Shown: positions 22,745 to 34,759, counted from the stretch's first letter. The stretch: DNA of 64,000 nt from Sphyrna mokarran (GCA_024679065.1 JAGIQG010000009.1:90830001-90894000); one strand, 5' to 3'. Numbers and translations are program-made. The notes: generated by a model not told the origin, from the letters alone.

Positions 22745-22750
22745 TTTATT
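22745..22750 (-). terminator. Candidate B2M polyadenylation signal (AATAAA); an alternative lies at 23013-23018
   Basis: TTTATT on the plus strand about 700 nt past the stop, followed on the minus strand by a U/C-rich tract. No transcript evidence. Confidence 0.35.
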
Positions 22751-23443
22751 TGCACTGATAAGTTTACAGATAATAGAATTGCATTTGAAACAGAGATATT
22801 CCAATCAAATTATTAATATGCCCACAAAATAATTAGCATTGATGGTCTCTGATTTGCAGAACATGCTTTTAAAATTACTCTTAGGTAATCGCTGTAATAC
22901 ACCAAGCCCAATTATTAAAACAATGATGACCCAACCATTTAAATTACAACAATGCTGAGATTTCGTAGCACATTGAAGGATTTCTCAGAGTAAATCTGCA
23001 GGGTGGGATGGTTTTATTTCGATGGGAATATAATATCCCACTGGGCAGGAAGGAGCAGTAAAATATTGAAATTTAAAAATCAACATTTTAGAACTTTAAT
23101 GACAGACACAGATGAGAAGCAAAAACTCTCTCAGAAATGGACACAAAGCTGGGGCATAAATTACAGAACTAAACACAAACTTACTTCCAATTGCATAGAA
23201 TAGTTTAAGATATCTAATCAACAGCATTAAGTCACCAATTTACGATAAAATTTTACATTTGAAAATAGGTTGAAACAAAGTGATTTGATCCCCTGAAGTG
23301 GTAGATTCATTGACTAGCATCATCCAATGGTTGCAAGAGAAGAAAAACACAGGCCGTCGAATTGAATTTTGTGCTGCGATATGTCCCATCAGTAACCACT
23401 GCCTTGCAACTCAGAAATAAATGGTTACGTCTGCAATGAGAGG

Positions 23444-23454
23444 CTAGTATCTGT
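23444..23454 (-). CDS. B2M: Beta-2-microglobulin exon 3 coding part (D-R-Y-stop)
   Basis: A pyrimidine tract and acceptor read gttttgttctatgcttccatccacag|AC AGA TAC TAG. With the phase-1 G this gives ...QL-D-R-Y*, matching the short D-R-x terminal exon typical of B2M. Total CDS is 55+273+11=339 nt. Confidence 0.85.
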
Positions 23455-24572
23455 CTGTGGATGGAAGCATAGAACAAAACATCATTAGTCTGTGGCCAAA
23501 ACCTACAGCTAGCCACTTGGTCTTCATTTTGCAACATGGAAATTACCAGTTGGAAGATCAAGGTACATTTAGCTTTCTCACCACCTTTTTGGTAGTCACA
23601 TAATAATGAAACTGTTAACTAATTAGCAATTAATCACTAAAGAATAGTCTCCATGAAACTCACTGCGGTAGTGAACATTGGATCCATATGTTGAGGCATT
23701 TATAGTGAGTCCAGCTGATGATACACCTTTCGGGCATCTAATTCTCCTGAACCAAATCCCAGATGGGTTTGGCTGAGCGCCAAGGCTCTTATATTGATTA
23801 TCTCAGCAGGGGTTTGTTCTCATAGGATAAACTGGAGTGTTTGCTTTCATTATTATAACTTTCAAAGTTGTCAATAAGTTATTCTTTGAATTTTTCTTTG
23901 GAAACATCTCAGTGTTTACCTGGATGAGATTACAAGGCATGATGTCCAGTAAAGCTTTTTTCTAAATATTGATACAACTGACTGATAGTTTCACATGATT
24001 GTAAAAATAATTACTTTTAAATTAAGTTTCTGAATGTGCATGTTTTCCCTCAGTGTTTTATATTTGTCATTGCTATTATAAAGCTTATTAGTTCTTTACA
24101 CTGTGCATAGTGGGCAACAGGATAGAGAGGTGGGCAAAAGCATGAAGGACAGAGGAACCAAATATTTTTAATACAATTGTGGCTAAGGCCCAACAAATAG
24201 AAGCAAGCCTTCTAACCATTCCATTGACAAATCTAATTTCTCCCTGATTTGAAAATGGTTGGCACTTTAAACTCATCTTATTTACAGCAAATGATGTTCT
24301 ATAAAAAAGGGGCATGGCCTCCTTCCCTTTGTTGCAACACACTCAACTGAAGGGTTTAGGAGTGCACTGCCCGACAGTTCTTACTAGGCCAGAGTTAGGC
24401 AAGACAGGAATGAAAAATGTTAGATAAATAGGGATAGAGTGGCAATCCAACACACCGATTGTCACTTTGTAGAGGTTTTGGATTAAATTTACAATTGATG
24501 ATCTGGTACCGTATATGTGGAAACAGCTTGTGTAGATGCAAATTAGTCATGACACACAGACAGATTACTTAC

Positions 24573-24845
24573 CAAGCTGAATCTCTTTGAAATCACCATT
24601 GTGTTCCACCCTACAGGAATACTTCAATCCATCCTTGGGGATGATTTCCACAAATTTGGTAAGTTTGAAGCTCCAATCAGCCTCAAAGGAGAGGTCAGAC
24701 TGGTTGGCATTGGGTATGATTTTTCCATTCTCCACCAGCTCCAGCTTGATGTTGGGAGGGGTGAAGTCTTTGGCATGGCAAAGCAGCACATTGCTTTTGC
24801 CTTCCTCAATTGGTCTGTAGGTGTACACTTGGACATTTGGAGAAC
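24573..24845 (-). CDS. B2M: Beta-2-microglobulin exon 2 (Ig C1-set domain)
   Basis: Acceptor cttag|GT TCT CCA and donor CTT G|gtaagt bound 273 nt, phase 1-1. It encodes (S)SPNVQVYTYRPIEEGKSNVLLCHAKDFTPPNIKLELVENGKIIPNANQSDLSFEADWSFKLTKFVEIIPKDGLKYSCRVEHNGDFKEIQL. B2M hallmarks are PxVQVY, N-x-L-x-C, SDLSF, DWSF and YSCRVEH. Confidence 0.97.
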
Positions 24846-25448
24846 CTAAGGGACAGAGCAGAATAAAGAACAAATAACAAATTAACTGAAACTGCACTCA
24901 AATTCTTCACTGAACTGAGGTATGTCTTCTTAGTACTGAGGCTGGAAGAAATCCAGATTTTTCAGTCCCATCTCTGGGATATATCAGTACACTGAACTGG
25001 ATCTTACAATTCCAATCTCAAGGCAACATCACACACTGATGGGGATTTCTTGGCCACAGTCTCCACAAGAGCTCTGTTCTGATGGGGCTGTCTTTGTCTC
25101 AGTCTCTGGCAAATATCCACTGACTGGGATCTCTCCTAGCGTCTGGACAATACCCATACATTGACTAAAAGAATTTCTGTCACAGTGGATGGGACATAGA
25201 CTTGAGAGAGAAAAAATGTTGAAAATGCAAAGAAGAATGGCAAAAGATACAAGATACTGAACACAAATGGGCAGTGCAAGAAGAAAGATCAAAGTAAAAG
25301 TTTGAACTGATAGCTGGATAAAAGGGCACTGGATACTGGAAACTAGAAATAGAAAATTTTGGAAATTCCCAGCATGTCTACAGAAAAGAGAAACAGTTAT
25401 TATTTCAGCTTGCTGAAGAGTCATCATCTGAAACGCTAACTCTATTTC

Positions 25449-25880
25449 TGTTGTCTAACGAGGGGCATACACGCAATGGGTCATGAGGGGACTGCTCTTG
25501 GATCTTGAGAGTATCCTAGTGCTTCACGTCGTTAGTCCAGGTCAAGTGTACACTATCTGATGGGCAACACTGCAGCTCAGTGACTATCGCTGTGCTGTGC
25601 AGATACATGGATTTGGGCCTGTGTCTGTGGGAGTTTGCGCATTCTCCCCATGCTTGCGTGGGTTTTCTCCAGGCACTCCGGTTTCCTCCCACATCCCAAA
25701 GATGGGCTCTTAGGCTAATTGGCAAAAGAAATTCTCCCTAAATTGTCTCAAATTTGGTTTTTAATCCATAGATCTATAAACATGGACAGGGATCGCAGGT
25801 AGAGGTGGGAACATCGGGGTGGCGGCGCGGGCTCGTTGGGCCAAAGGGCCTGTTTGCCATGCTGTTTTGTTCTTTGTTCT
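25449..25880 (+). mobile_element. 3' fragment of the SINE-tailed CR1 family (B2M intron 1)
   Basis: Matches ~12629-13060. Confidence 0.88.
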
Positions 25881-25890
25881 CTCAATACTG

Positions 25891-26482
25891 TGGACATGCC
25901 AGCGTTGGACTGGGATAAACACAATAAGAAGTTTCACAACACCAGTTAAAGTTCAACAAGTTTAGAACTTAGAACATAGAACAATACAGCACAGAACAGG
26001 CCCTTCGGCCCTCAATGTTGCACCGACCAATTAAGAAAAAGCAATGACTCTCTAACCTAAACCATTCCCTTTTCATCCATAAACTTATCTACTAACCTCT
26101 TAAACGCCACCAAACTTGGCGCATCTACAACTGCAGCAGGCAGGGCATTCCATACCCTTACCACCCTCCGGGTAAAGAACCTACCTCTGACATCCGTCCT
26201 ATAACTACCACCCCTTAATTTAAAGCTATGTCCCCTCGTGCTAGCTTTCTCCATCCGAGGAAAAAGGCTTTCACTGTCCACCCTATCTAAACCTCTAATC
26301 ATCTTATATGTTTCGATAAGGTAATTATTGAAACATTGTTTATTTGATAGTAAACCCACAAAGTTTTTGGGGTTTGCCCCTTCATCAGGTGAGTCACCTT
26401 GTCACTCACCTGATGAAAGCGCAAACTCTGAAAGCTTGTGGGTTTACTATCAAATAAATATGTTGGACTTTAACCTGGTGTT
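25891..26482. mobile_element. Head-to-head inverted Penelope pLTR pair with two hammerhead cores, split by a CR1 insertion
   Basis: 25891-25964 plus 26339-26395 is the reverse complement of 26404-26482. CTGATGA cores lie at 26382-26388 (minus) and 26410-26416 (plus). TSD ATACTG at 25885-25890 / 26483-26488. Confidence 0.75.
25965..26321 (-). mobile_element. CR1 3' fragment (family of 34760-38558)
   Basis: ORF 26057-26359 ends in MDEKGMV*, like MEEKGMV* at 38472, and has the same tail. Confidence 0.88.
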
Positions 26483-27019
26483 ATACTGCCAGATTGCTGA
26501 CTATTTCCAGCATTTCTTTTCCTGATATAGGATATACAGAAAACTGAAGGTGGGTTTGAAGAAGTTGCATGAACAAAATACCTGGTTTTCATGGGACTTC
26601 TGATCACGAGGTCTCAACAGCACAAATCCAGTGTCTTTTAACTGTTTAACTGTATCAAATTCATAAACACATTTACACTATCAAATAACAGCAATAGTCT
26701 TGTGGATGTGATTTCCATGAATTCAACAAAATGTTATGGAGGTAGGTGGGGGGGGGGGGGGGAAGTGAAGCAATGAGACGTTACTACAATCTCAGAGGAT
26801 TCTCTCTTTGAGAGTGAGAGATGACTGATTGCGATTTAATCTGCGAATCACCACACCTCAGGCAAGAAGCAATAAAGAGTTTTGAAATACTGATCAAGAC
26901 TCTGCCCTCCATCATGCTCCCCCTTCAGAGGGTAATGAGTTCCTCAGCATGGTTGTTAGCCATAAGTTAGGTCATTCACTGACCAATACACAAGACTCAG
27001 TCTAGCTAGTTCTTTTCTC

Positions 27020-27195
27020 TCGGCATCTGCGTGGGTTTCGTCCCACAGTCCGAAAGATATGTTTGTTATGTGCATAGGCTATGCTAAATTCTCCATCAGT
27101 GTACCTGAGCAGCCGCCGTAGTATGGCGACTGGGGGATTTTCACAGAAACTTCATTGCAATGTTAATGTAAGTGTACTTCTGATACGAAAAAATA
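27020..27195 (+). mobile_element. V-domain SINE fragment, alternative tail (B2M intron 1)
   Basis: Same tail as 5140-5300 and 44385-44655. Confidence 0.65.
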
Positions 27196-27347
27196 TTTTT
27201 TAAAAAAGGAATGGGACTGAGGAGAGAGTTCTTACAGAGAGGGAAGGCACAGAGATGAGCCGAATGGTTCTCTTTCGAATAAAATCTCTTATACACTGCT
27301 AAGAAGTCGCGTATTCACCCCAAGAGCTCCCCAGACACCAAACTCAC

Positions 27348-27402
27348 TTATAGCCAGGCACAAAGTCACCAGCAACGACAGCACGGCGAGTTTCAGCATC
27401 AT
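27348..27402 (-). CDS. B2M: Beta-2-microglobulin exon 1 (signal peptide MMLKLAVLSLLVTLCLAI plus 1 nt)
   Basis: The minus strand reads ATG ATG CTG AAA CTC GCC GTG CTG TCG TTG CTG GTG ACT TTG TGC CTG GCT ATA A|gtgagt. This is a hydrophobic leader with a canonical phase-1 donor that matches the phase-1 acceptor of exon 2. It lies directly downstream of an MHC-type promoter. Confidence 0.93.
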
Positions 27403-27539
27403 ATTTGCAAGTTGATTGCGAACTCCGGGATTAAAGATGAGATTCACTCCGGCTCAGATCCTCACTCACAACTAGAGCGATCTCTCCTTCTGCACTTGTG
27501 TCCCTCGCTTCCTGGGCTTCCGAATAAACTGTAGCGCTG

Positions 27540-27712
27540 CACCAATCAGAAAATTAGAAGCCCCGCCTGGCACCACCTACCATCTTCTTTGCAGCCAATC
27601 GCAATATTCGGCCTATTCGGGTCACCAGTCTCCGGGTAAGGGACTGCTGTGCAGTTTGTGAAACGATTAGTCTGAGTGGGCGGGTCTGCCGCAGCTGTGA
27701 AAGCGAAACTGG
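27540..27712 (-). promoter_or_regulatory. B2M proximal promoter: ISRE, X1/X2 box, Y box (inverted CCAAT), GC boxes
   Basis: Minus strand: ISRE AGTTTCGCTTTC (27699-27710), X1/X2-like GGAGACTGGTGAC (27621-27633), Y box GATTGGCTG (CCAAT at 27595-27599), second CCAAT at 27542-27546, GC boxes at 27561-27567 and 27678-27684. The region is CpG-enriched. Confidence 0.85.
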
Positions 27713-28209
27713 CTACGGAGCAGCAAAAAGATTGATCTCACCCAATCACAGAGGTTAGGGTACATGTACACAGAGCTGTGAACATGGATAGAAATACAGG
27801 AACATTCATACAAAAATAGGAACATACACTCATCAAATAGTCGGATTGCAGAATGAAGCTGTTCGGCTGTTCGTGTGAGTGCCGGCTTTCTGTAGAAATA
27901 ACCCAGCTGAAGCTTCATTCCCCGCAACCTTGTACTTTTTCCCTTCCGGTAATTAATTATCTGTTTTCTGTTCGGAATACACGATTCAATCTGCTCCCAA
28001 CACATTCTCAGACATACCACTCCAGATTCTAACCACTGGCTGTGTAAAAATATGTTCTCCTGAAGTCACCATTGCTTTTTTCATTAATCACCTTAAATCC
28101 GTGTTCATCTGCTTCCCGATTTTTCCACTAAGTTTTTCTCTGTAACTACCCTTCCGGGGCCCTAGTGATTTTGAATTCCTCTCAAATCTCCTCTCCGCTT
28201 TTTCTTTCG

Positions 28210-29025
28210 AAGATGCTCAGGTTAGTTGGATTGCCCACACTAATTTGCTCCTTAGTGTCCCAAGATGTGTAGATTGGGGGAATTAGCAGGGTAGGTATGT
28301 GGGGTTATGGGGTTAGGGCTTGGGTGAAATGCCCTGTGGTAGAGTTGGTGTAGAAATGATAAGCTGTATGGCGTCCTTTTACTCTGTAGGGATCCTTTGA
28401 TTTTCTAAATAGAACAGCCCCAACGTCGCTGATCTATCCTAAATGGAGTTTTTCATTCCCTGAACTTTAATTTCCTTCTTTATGTACTCTATTTATAAAG
28501 CTCAAGATCCGGTAGCTTGTTTCTCAACCTATCCTGCCACCTTTAATGATTTGCACGCATATGTGTCCATGTTTCTCTCCATATTTCTGTCCATTTCCCC
28601 CAACTGTTTACATTCTCGTCTATCACTACTGTCTTCGTATGTCACAATACTTACAATTTTGTGTCTTCTGCAATTTTTGAAGCTAGGCCTTTGAACATAA
28701 ATAAAGGAACCAAAGAATCCCTATACTGCAAAAGGAGGCCATTTGACGCACTGAGCGAGAAATAACAAAAATTTCACCCAGACCTTATCCCTGTGACCCT
28801 ATGTATTTACCCTACTAATCCCCATAATATTGAAGAGCAATTTATCATAGCCATTCAACTTAATCCTCACATCTTTGAACTGTGGCAGAAAAGCTGGAGC
28901 ACCTGAAGAATGCCTACACAGACACAGGGACTATGTGCAAACTCCATAGATAGTCACCTGAAGCCAGATTTGAACCTGGGTCCCTGGCACTGTGAGGCAG
29001 CAATGCTAATCACTGTGCTGCCTCA
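28210..29025. mobile_element. Two HE1-like SINEs (28210-28400 plus; 28710-29025 minus) within a CR1 remnant
   Basis: V-domain and tail matches; a reversed tRNA head at 28965-29025. Confidence 0.6.
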
Positions 29026-29032
29026 ATATATA

Positions 29033-29370
29033 CAGTAAGAAATCTCACAGCATCAGGTTAAAGTCCAACAGGTTTATTTGGTAGTACTAGCCACTAGCTT
29101 TCAGAGCACTGCTCCTTCATCAGATGAATAGGAGTTCCGTTCACAAACATACAAAGGGCATCCAAAGACATAAACTCGAATGACAAAATAATGGTTGGAA
29201 TGCGAGTCTTTACAAGTAATCAAATCTTAAAGCTACAGACAATGTGAGTGGAGGGAGGGTTAAGCACAAGTTAACGAGATGTGAATTGTCTCCACCCAGG
29301 ATTTTAACATGGAGTTGTGAGACTTCTTATTGTGTTCACCCAAATACAACGTCAGCATCTCCACATCATG
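29033..29370 (-). mobile_element. Penelope-like pLTR with intact hammerhead core and short inverted end
   Basis: Reverse of 29091-29130 reads TTCAT CTGATGA AGGAGCAGTGCTCT GAAA GCTAGTGG; homologous to 50141-50400. Confidence 0.72.
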
Positions 29371-29484
29371 GCCGCCCCAGTATACACAGCAATAGGGAGC
29401 ATGTAACACGTGCCCCGAGCCAAGCTGTACAGTACAGTTTCAACACTGGCACTTAGCCAGCAAAGTGGAAAATTGCCCCAGGTA

Positions 29485-30610
29485 TATTTTAGACCATAAG
29501 ACCATAAGGTGTAGGAGCAGAAATAGGCATCAGCTCATTGAGTTTGCTCTGCAATTCAGTCATGACTGTTAAATTTCTTCACCCCATTCTACTGCCTTTT
29601 CCCTATAACCTTTGGTCCCCTCACCAATCAAAACCTACTTATCTCTGTCTTAAATATATTCAGTGATCTGGCCTCCACAGCCTTCTGTGGCAATGAAATT
29701 TAAGGATTTACCACTCTCTGGCTGAAGAAATTCCTGTTCATCTTGGTTGGAAGGGTAGTCCCTTTCTACTGAGGCCATGCATCAGATCCTAGTCTCTCCC
29801 AAAAAAAGCTAAACAGCTAGCCCCATTCTTCAGCCCTATCTCCCTAGTCTTCCAAATTCATCACTTTCAAATATGTATCCATTCCTATGGAAACTACCTC
29901 CAATACTGTCCCACACAGCACATTTCAAATCCCAATAACTCTCTGACTAAAGAAGTCTCTCCTCATCTCACTCCTAGCTCTCTTGCTAACTATCTTGAAA
30001 TTGTGACTCTCTAGTCACTGATATACCAACTAGTGGCGACAGAATATTCTTCTTTACCCTGTCAAAATTGTTCACAATTTTGAAACATTAGTAAGGTCAC
30101 CTCTTAATCCTCTCTGCTCCAAGAAGAATAATCCTAATTTCTCTAATCTTGTCTTATATCTAAAATTCTTCAGTCATTTGCACTCTCTCAAGGGCTTTAA
30201 TATCCTTCCTTACGTAAGAAAGGTGCCCAGAACTGAGGGTATGGAGGGTAGAAAAGTTGATGGAGGAGGCAGTTGGTGAGGGGCGAATAAACTCATCTGA
30301 CTTTGAGAGGATTGAACCCTTGATGAATTGTATCCAAGATGGATTACATCCTTGCATATTAAAATAAATTCTGGAGGTAGAACAAGTACAGGGAATTATA
30401 GCTTAATTAGTTTTGCCTTAATGATAGGAAAGATAATGGAATCTTTACTCAAAGATGCATTAAAACTGATCAATAAATGGGAAATAGTAGGCAGATTAGA
30501 TAGCATGGATTCAAAATGCTAAGGTCATATTTGACTAAATTTCCTGAATTTTTTGAAGAAGTTACAAGAACAATAGATAGAATAATGAATTTGACATAAT
30601 GGTTTGGACT
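29485..30610. mobile_element. Cluster of old CR1 fragments
   Basis: CR1 3' ends (minus) and an RT fragment NYSLISFALMIGKIMESLLKD (plus). Confidence 0.6.
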
Positions 30611-33277
30611 TTTTTTTCCTACTTCAGTAGCAGTGAATGCAAAGATGTTTACTGCCATTAAGGACTGTAACAGTACTGCATTTTCTGATGATCTCATTTA
30701 CACTAAAACTGGAATGTTGTGGAGTGCTTTGATGGGCTCTGGAAATCTCCATGCTGACCTTTAAAGCAACAGTGACCCAGCTTTGAGACAATTTTGGCTA
30801 TTTCCCCACAACTTGCATTAATTTTTACAGTAAGAAATTATACCTGATAACCACAGAAGTGCAGAAGGAGCCATTCAGCCCATCTCCTCAAAAGAACTGT
30901 TCACTTAGTATTATTCTCCTATCTTCTCCCCTGCACATTTTTTCTTACAACTGTCAATTTGATTTATTTCTGAATGCAAGGATTGAACTTGCCTCCACTG
31001 CACTCTCAGACAGCGCATTCCTTAATCGTGGGCTTAAGGTCTGAGGCCTGCAAAAAGTGGGGATGTAGGAATGGCCTAGCGAGATATTCATCTTCATCAA
31101 TGGCATGGGAGAAGGTATCCCTGTTGGACTTTAATCTGATGTTGTGAGACTTCTTACTGTATTTTCTCCCTTCCAATGCTGGCATCTCCATGTCCTGAAG
31201 AAAAATCACAGGGACTCGAAAGTGTTCACTCTGTTTTTCTCCCTTTACTGACAGTGCCAGACCTGCTGGATTTTTCCAGCATTTTCTGTTTTGTTTTTAA
31301 GGAAAGGGAAGCATGGATGAACAGAGAAGGGCAAAACTAGATAGTCTCACCCTCCATCTTTGGGCATCTCCTGGTCAATGCTCAAGGCAGTTGTTCTCAA
31401 ATATGGGTCACATCCCCATGGAACAAATGTAATTGGGAGTTATTGCTGATATTGGTTCTGAGGCCACAACACCAGCTCATGCCTACTTTTGTTTCCAGTT
31501 GTGGTTTACATGATAGGAGGGAAGGAACAACCAACTTCTCAAGTGCAACTAGGGATGGGCAATAAACACTGACCAGCCAGAAGTGCCCGTGTCCCACAAA
31601 TGAAGAACAAAAAAAAATTAGCTTCAAGGTCCCACATCACTGCCTCCATCAATATATGTCCACAGGCTCTTGTTTTATATTTGGCTTGGGGCTCACTGGA
31701 ATGGAGGATGGGTGAAGTAAATCTTCAAATAATACCATACATGACTGGTCTTTCAGCTGGTGCGACCCTGTGAGTAGGTAAGGGAAATAGTGCTAAATTT
31801 GCAAGTTTGTGGTTCTGATTTGCCTGGTAAGTGCCTCCTCTCTCTCAAAGGGGAGAGGAGCCTATGGTACCCGGGGATTATGGCAACTTCCATTTCATTT
31901 CATTTTCGTTGTATTTCTGATTTGCAGTGAGGTAGCCTAACTGACTGTCATTTTAAAAACAACTGGCTTCTAATATTATGGACAAATTATTACATCTGTC
32001 CCCTCCAACAGCAAGCCTTTTGATTGTTATGTAAATGAAAAATAACAAGGTAAGCATGGTGTGCATAAATATGATTAGACTTCCCTTGAATACCACAGGA
32101 GTGCTAAAGCACAGAAGGAGAGCATTTGGCTCATCGTGTCTACACTTGCTTTCCAAATGAACATAATGACTTAATACTATTCTCTTGCCTTATCTCCATA
32201 ATCCTGCATGTTGCTTCTAATCAAATAACCATGTAATGACTTCTTGAATGCCTCGATTGAACCTGTCTCCTTCACAATTCCAGACAGTGCATTCCAGACC
32301 CCAACCATTTGCTGATGTGTGGATCAATTTTTTTTTCACATCACAGTTGCTTCTTTTGCAAATCATCTTAAATCTGTGGCTTCTCATTCTTGATCATTTT
32401 ACAAGTGGGAACAGATTCTCTCTGTCTACTCTATCCAAACCCGTCATGGTTTTGAACACCTCATGGTATTACAAATGTTGTCATCAAGTCTGAAGAAAAG
32501 CCAAAATACCTCACTTGCTTCGACATCAAGGGAAAGCACGAAGCCAAATAACCGTAGCAATACTTAGAGACCATTCACAAGAAATGTGTTGGGAAATCCA
32601 CAGGAACTTTCGTCCAACATCAACAAGAGGAGCTTTCACTGCAACAAGTTGAGTTTTAAGATGGTGTTAACCATCTTTGAAAGACCATCTTTTTGAGCTG
32701 GGCTATTGAATTGTACAGGCAAAGAAACTACATACAATAATGGTTAAAATGGGGTGGAGGCAGAAGCAATTAGGAGTAGCAAAGAAAAAAGCCAATTATG
32801 GCTAATCAGGAAATCACGCTGCTGGAGCACTCAAAATGCAGACTTATCCTCAAATTAACATAAGCACTGAGGGCATGATGCACACACATTGACTTTTGTG
32901 TTCCACGTGTAGGAGAATAATATTCATGAAGACATTGTATTCTGTCTCTCGTTTCCTAATCAAGGATCTGTGTGTAGTTCAGTGTGTTACAGGATTACAT
33001 GGAAGACAATACTATTCCCTGGGATTGCATTTTGTATGAATGGTTTTCCAACCATGGCAGGCCACAAATCTGGCATGCGTGCCTTGATAAAAACAGTATT
33101 CACTATATTCTTCACAGGGCATAGTTGGCGATTAAAAACTGAACACAGATGTATTGCAGCAGGTCCAAATAATTCAGATCCAAAATAATGGCCAAAAGAA
33201 GTTGAGGTGACATGAGGGATATTTTTTCACCTATAGGCTGGTTGGAGTCTGGAACAAACTTCTTGAGAGACAGCTTT

Positions 33278-34070
33278 GTGACAATACTGTGCCTTTACAA
33301 AGAGTATTTGTGTCACAATTCTAAAGAGAATGTTTTAAACTTCACCTTGGATTACAGTGCTGATTGTCTGCAACTCACATCCCACATGCTGAATATGCAG
33401 AAGAATGGAGTTAATGGGGTGTTTGTTATAATCTGAGCTAATGCATTTTTGTTTTTTTTGGGCTGTCCCCTGGGATTTCAGTATTGGGTTTAATTAAGTT
33501 GAATGACCAGAAGACAAAGAAATATGAATCGGCAGAGCTAGGGTTATAGGGAGAAAAGTATGCACTTGCTGTTTGAATTTGAAAGCAGTAGTTCTTTCTC
33601 TTTGGAAACTGAAGCCTGGGACCTATTAGAAAATAGGTATTTCTCCCTGTGGTTTGCAAAAGGCAAGAGATGTTTTCTCCTTTTCTCTGGAATTCTGTTC
33701 TTTCTCTGTAGGCTGTTGTCTGAGAATCAAAAGACTCTCTTTCTACATTTCTGTCCAAAGATATTAAAAGGATGGTTCTGAAGAAGAGTTTATAGCTAGG
33801 TGGGATACTGCTTTAATTGGAACTAATAGAGGCAGCAAGCAATTATACTTTGTCACTGTATTTCAATTGGTAAAGGTTATGCTAATTCTTTTTGTTATAG
33901 TTAAACTGTATTGTTAAATAAAGTTGGTTTTAATAAAAGTTTCCAAGTGGATCAATAGAATCACAGCTGGAGTGAAACACTTTATGCTCACTCTAATGAC
34001 AAAATCAAAAATTGTTAGGTCTAGACAAACTTTAAAATATAACTTGGAATTTCTGATCTGGTCCTTAACC
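33278..34070 (+). mobile_element. Probable solo LTR inserted into a CR1 fragment
   Basis: Begins TGTGACA, has AATAAA signals near 33917-33937 and ends ..CCTTAAC. The flanking CR1 3' sequence (33190-33277, 34070-34235) joins up when it is removed. Confidence 0.5.
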
Positions 34071-34759
34071 AGTTCAACTGAGATATTCAAAAGTAAATTG
34101 GATTTCTATCTGAAAATAAAGAATATGCAACGTTACAGAGAATATGGAAGAGGAGTAGGGTTACATAGAATGCTCTTTTGTAAGTTAGTGCAGGCTCAAT
34201 GGGACAAATGGCCTTCTTGTGCAATCTGTGATTCTTCAGTCACATCAGTTGTGAACTACCTTAAACCTCACAGACCTTCTCTGTGTCTTCTTACAAAATT
34301 GTATAAAGACAAAGATTTGATTTGCCATTGTTTCATACTGAGGTTCACTGACCATCAAAACGCAGGGTACTACAAAGGAAATGAGTGATTAGCTGCTTGC
34401 ATTTGCAATGGACTGCAAAAAAAGTTGATTTTTCTCTGTGACCAAATCCAGATTTACTTCCTTGCTTATGTCACAGATGCGTTTGGGAAACAAATTAACT
34501 GAGTGCAAATGTACAAGGAAGGAACACAAACATTCTGCAAAGGAATGATTACATCACATCAGTTACAGAATCATACAATCATACAGCATTGAGAAGGCCC
34601 TTCAGCCCACTGAGTTCACACTGAGACATGAGAAACACCTGAACTTCCATATTAATTGCATTCAATGAAGACAATTGTATTTTTTTTATTCATTCATGGG
34701 ATGTGGGCATCGTCAGGCCAGCATTTATTGTCCATCCCTAATTGCCTTCAAATAAAAGT

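Noticed and set aside
24846-24897. ORF-track N-terminus MQFQLICYLFFILLCPLG as the B2M signal peptide
   Set aside because: It is the intron polypyrimidine tract and acceptor read in frame. The true leader exon with an ATG, donor and promoter is at 27348-27402.
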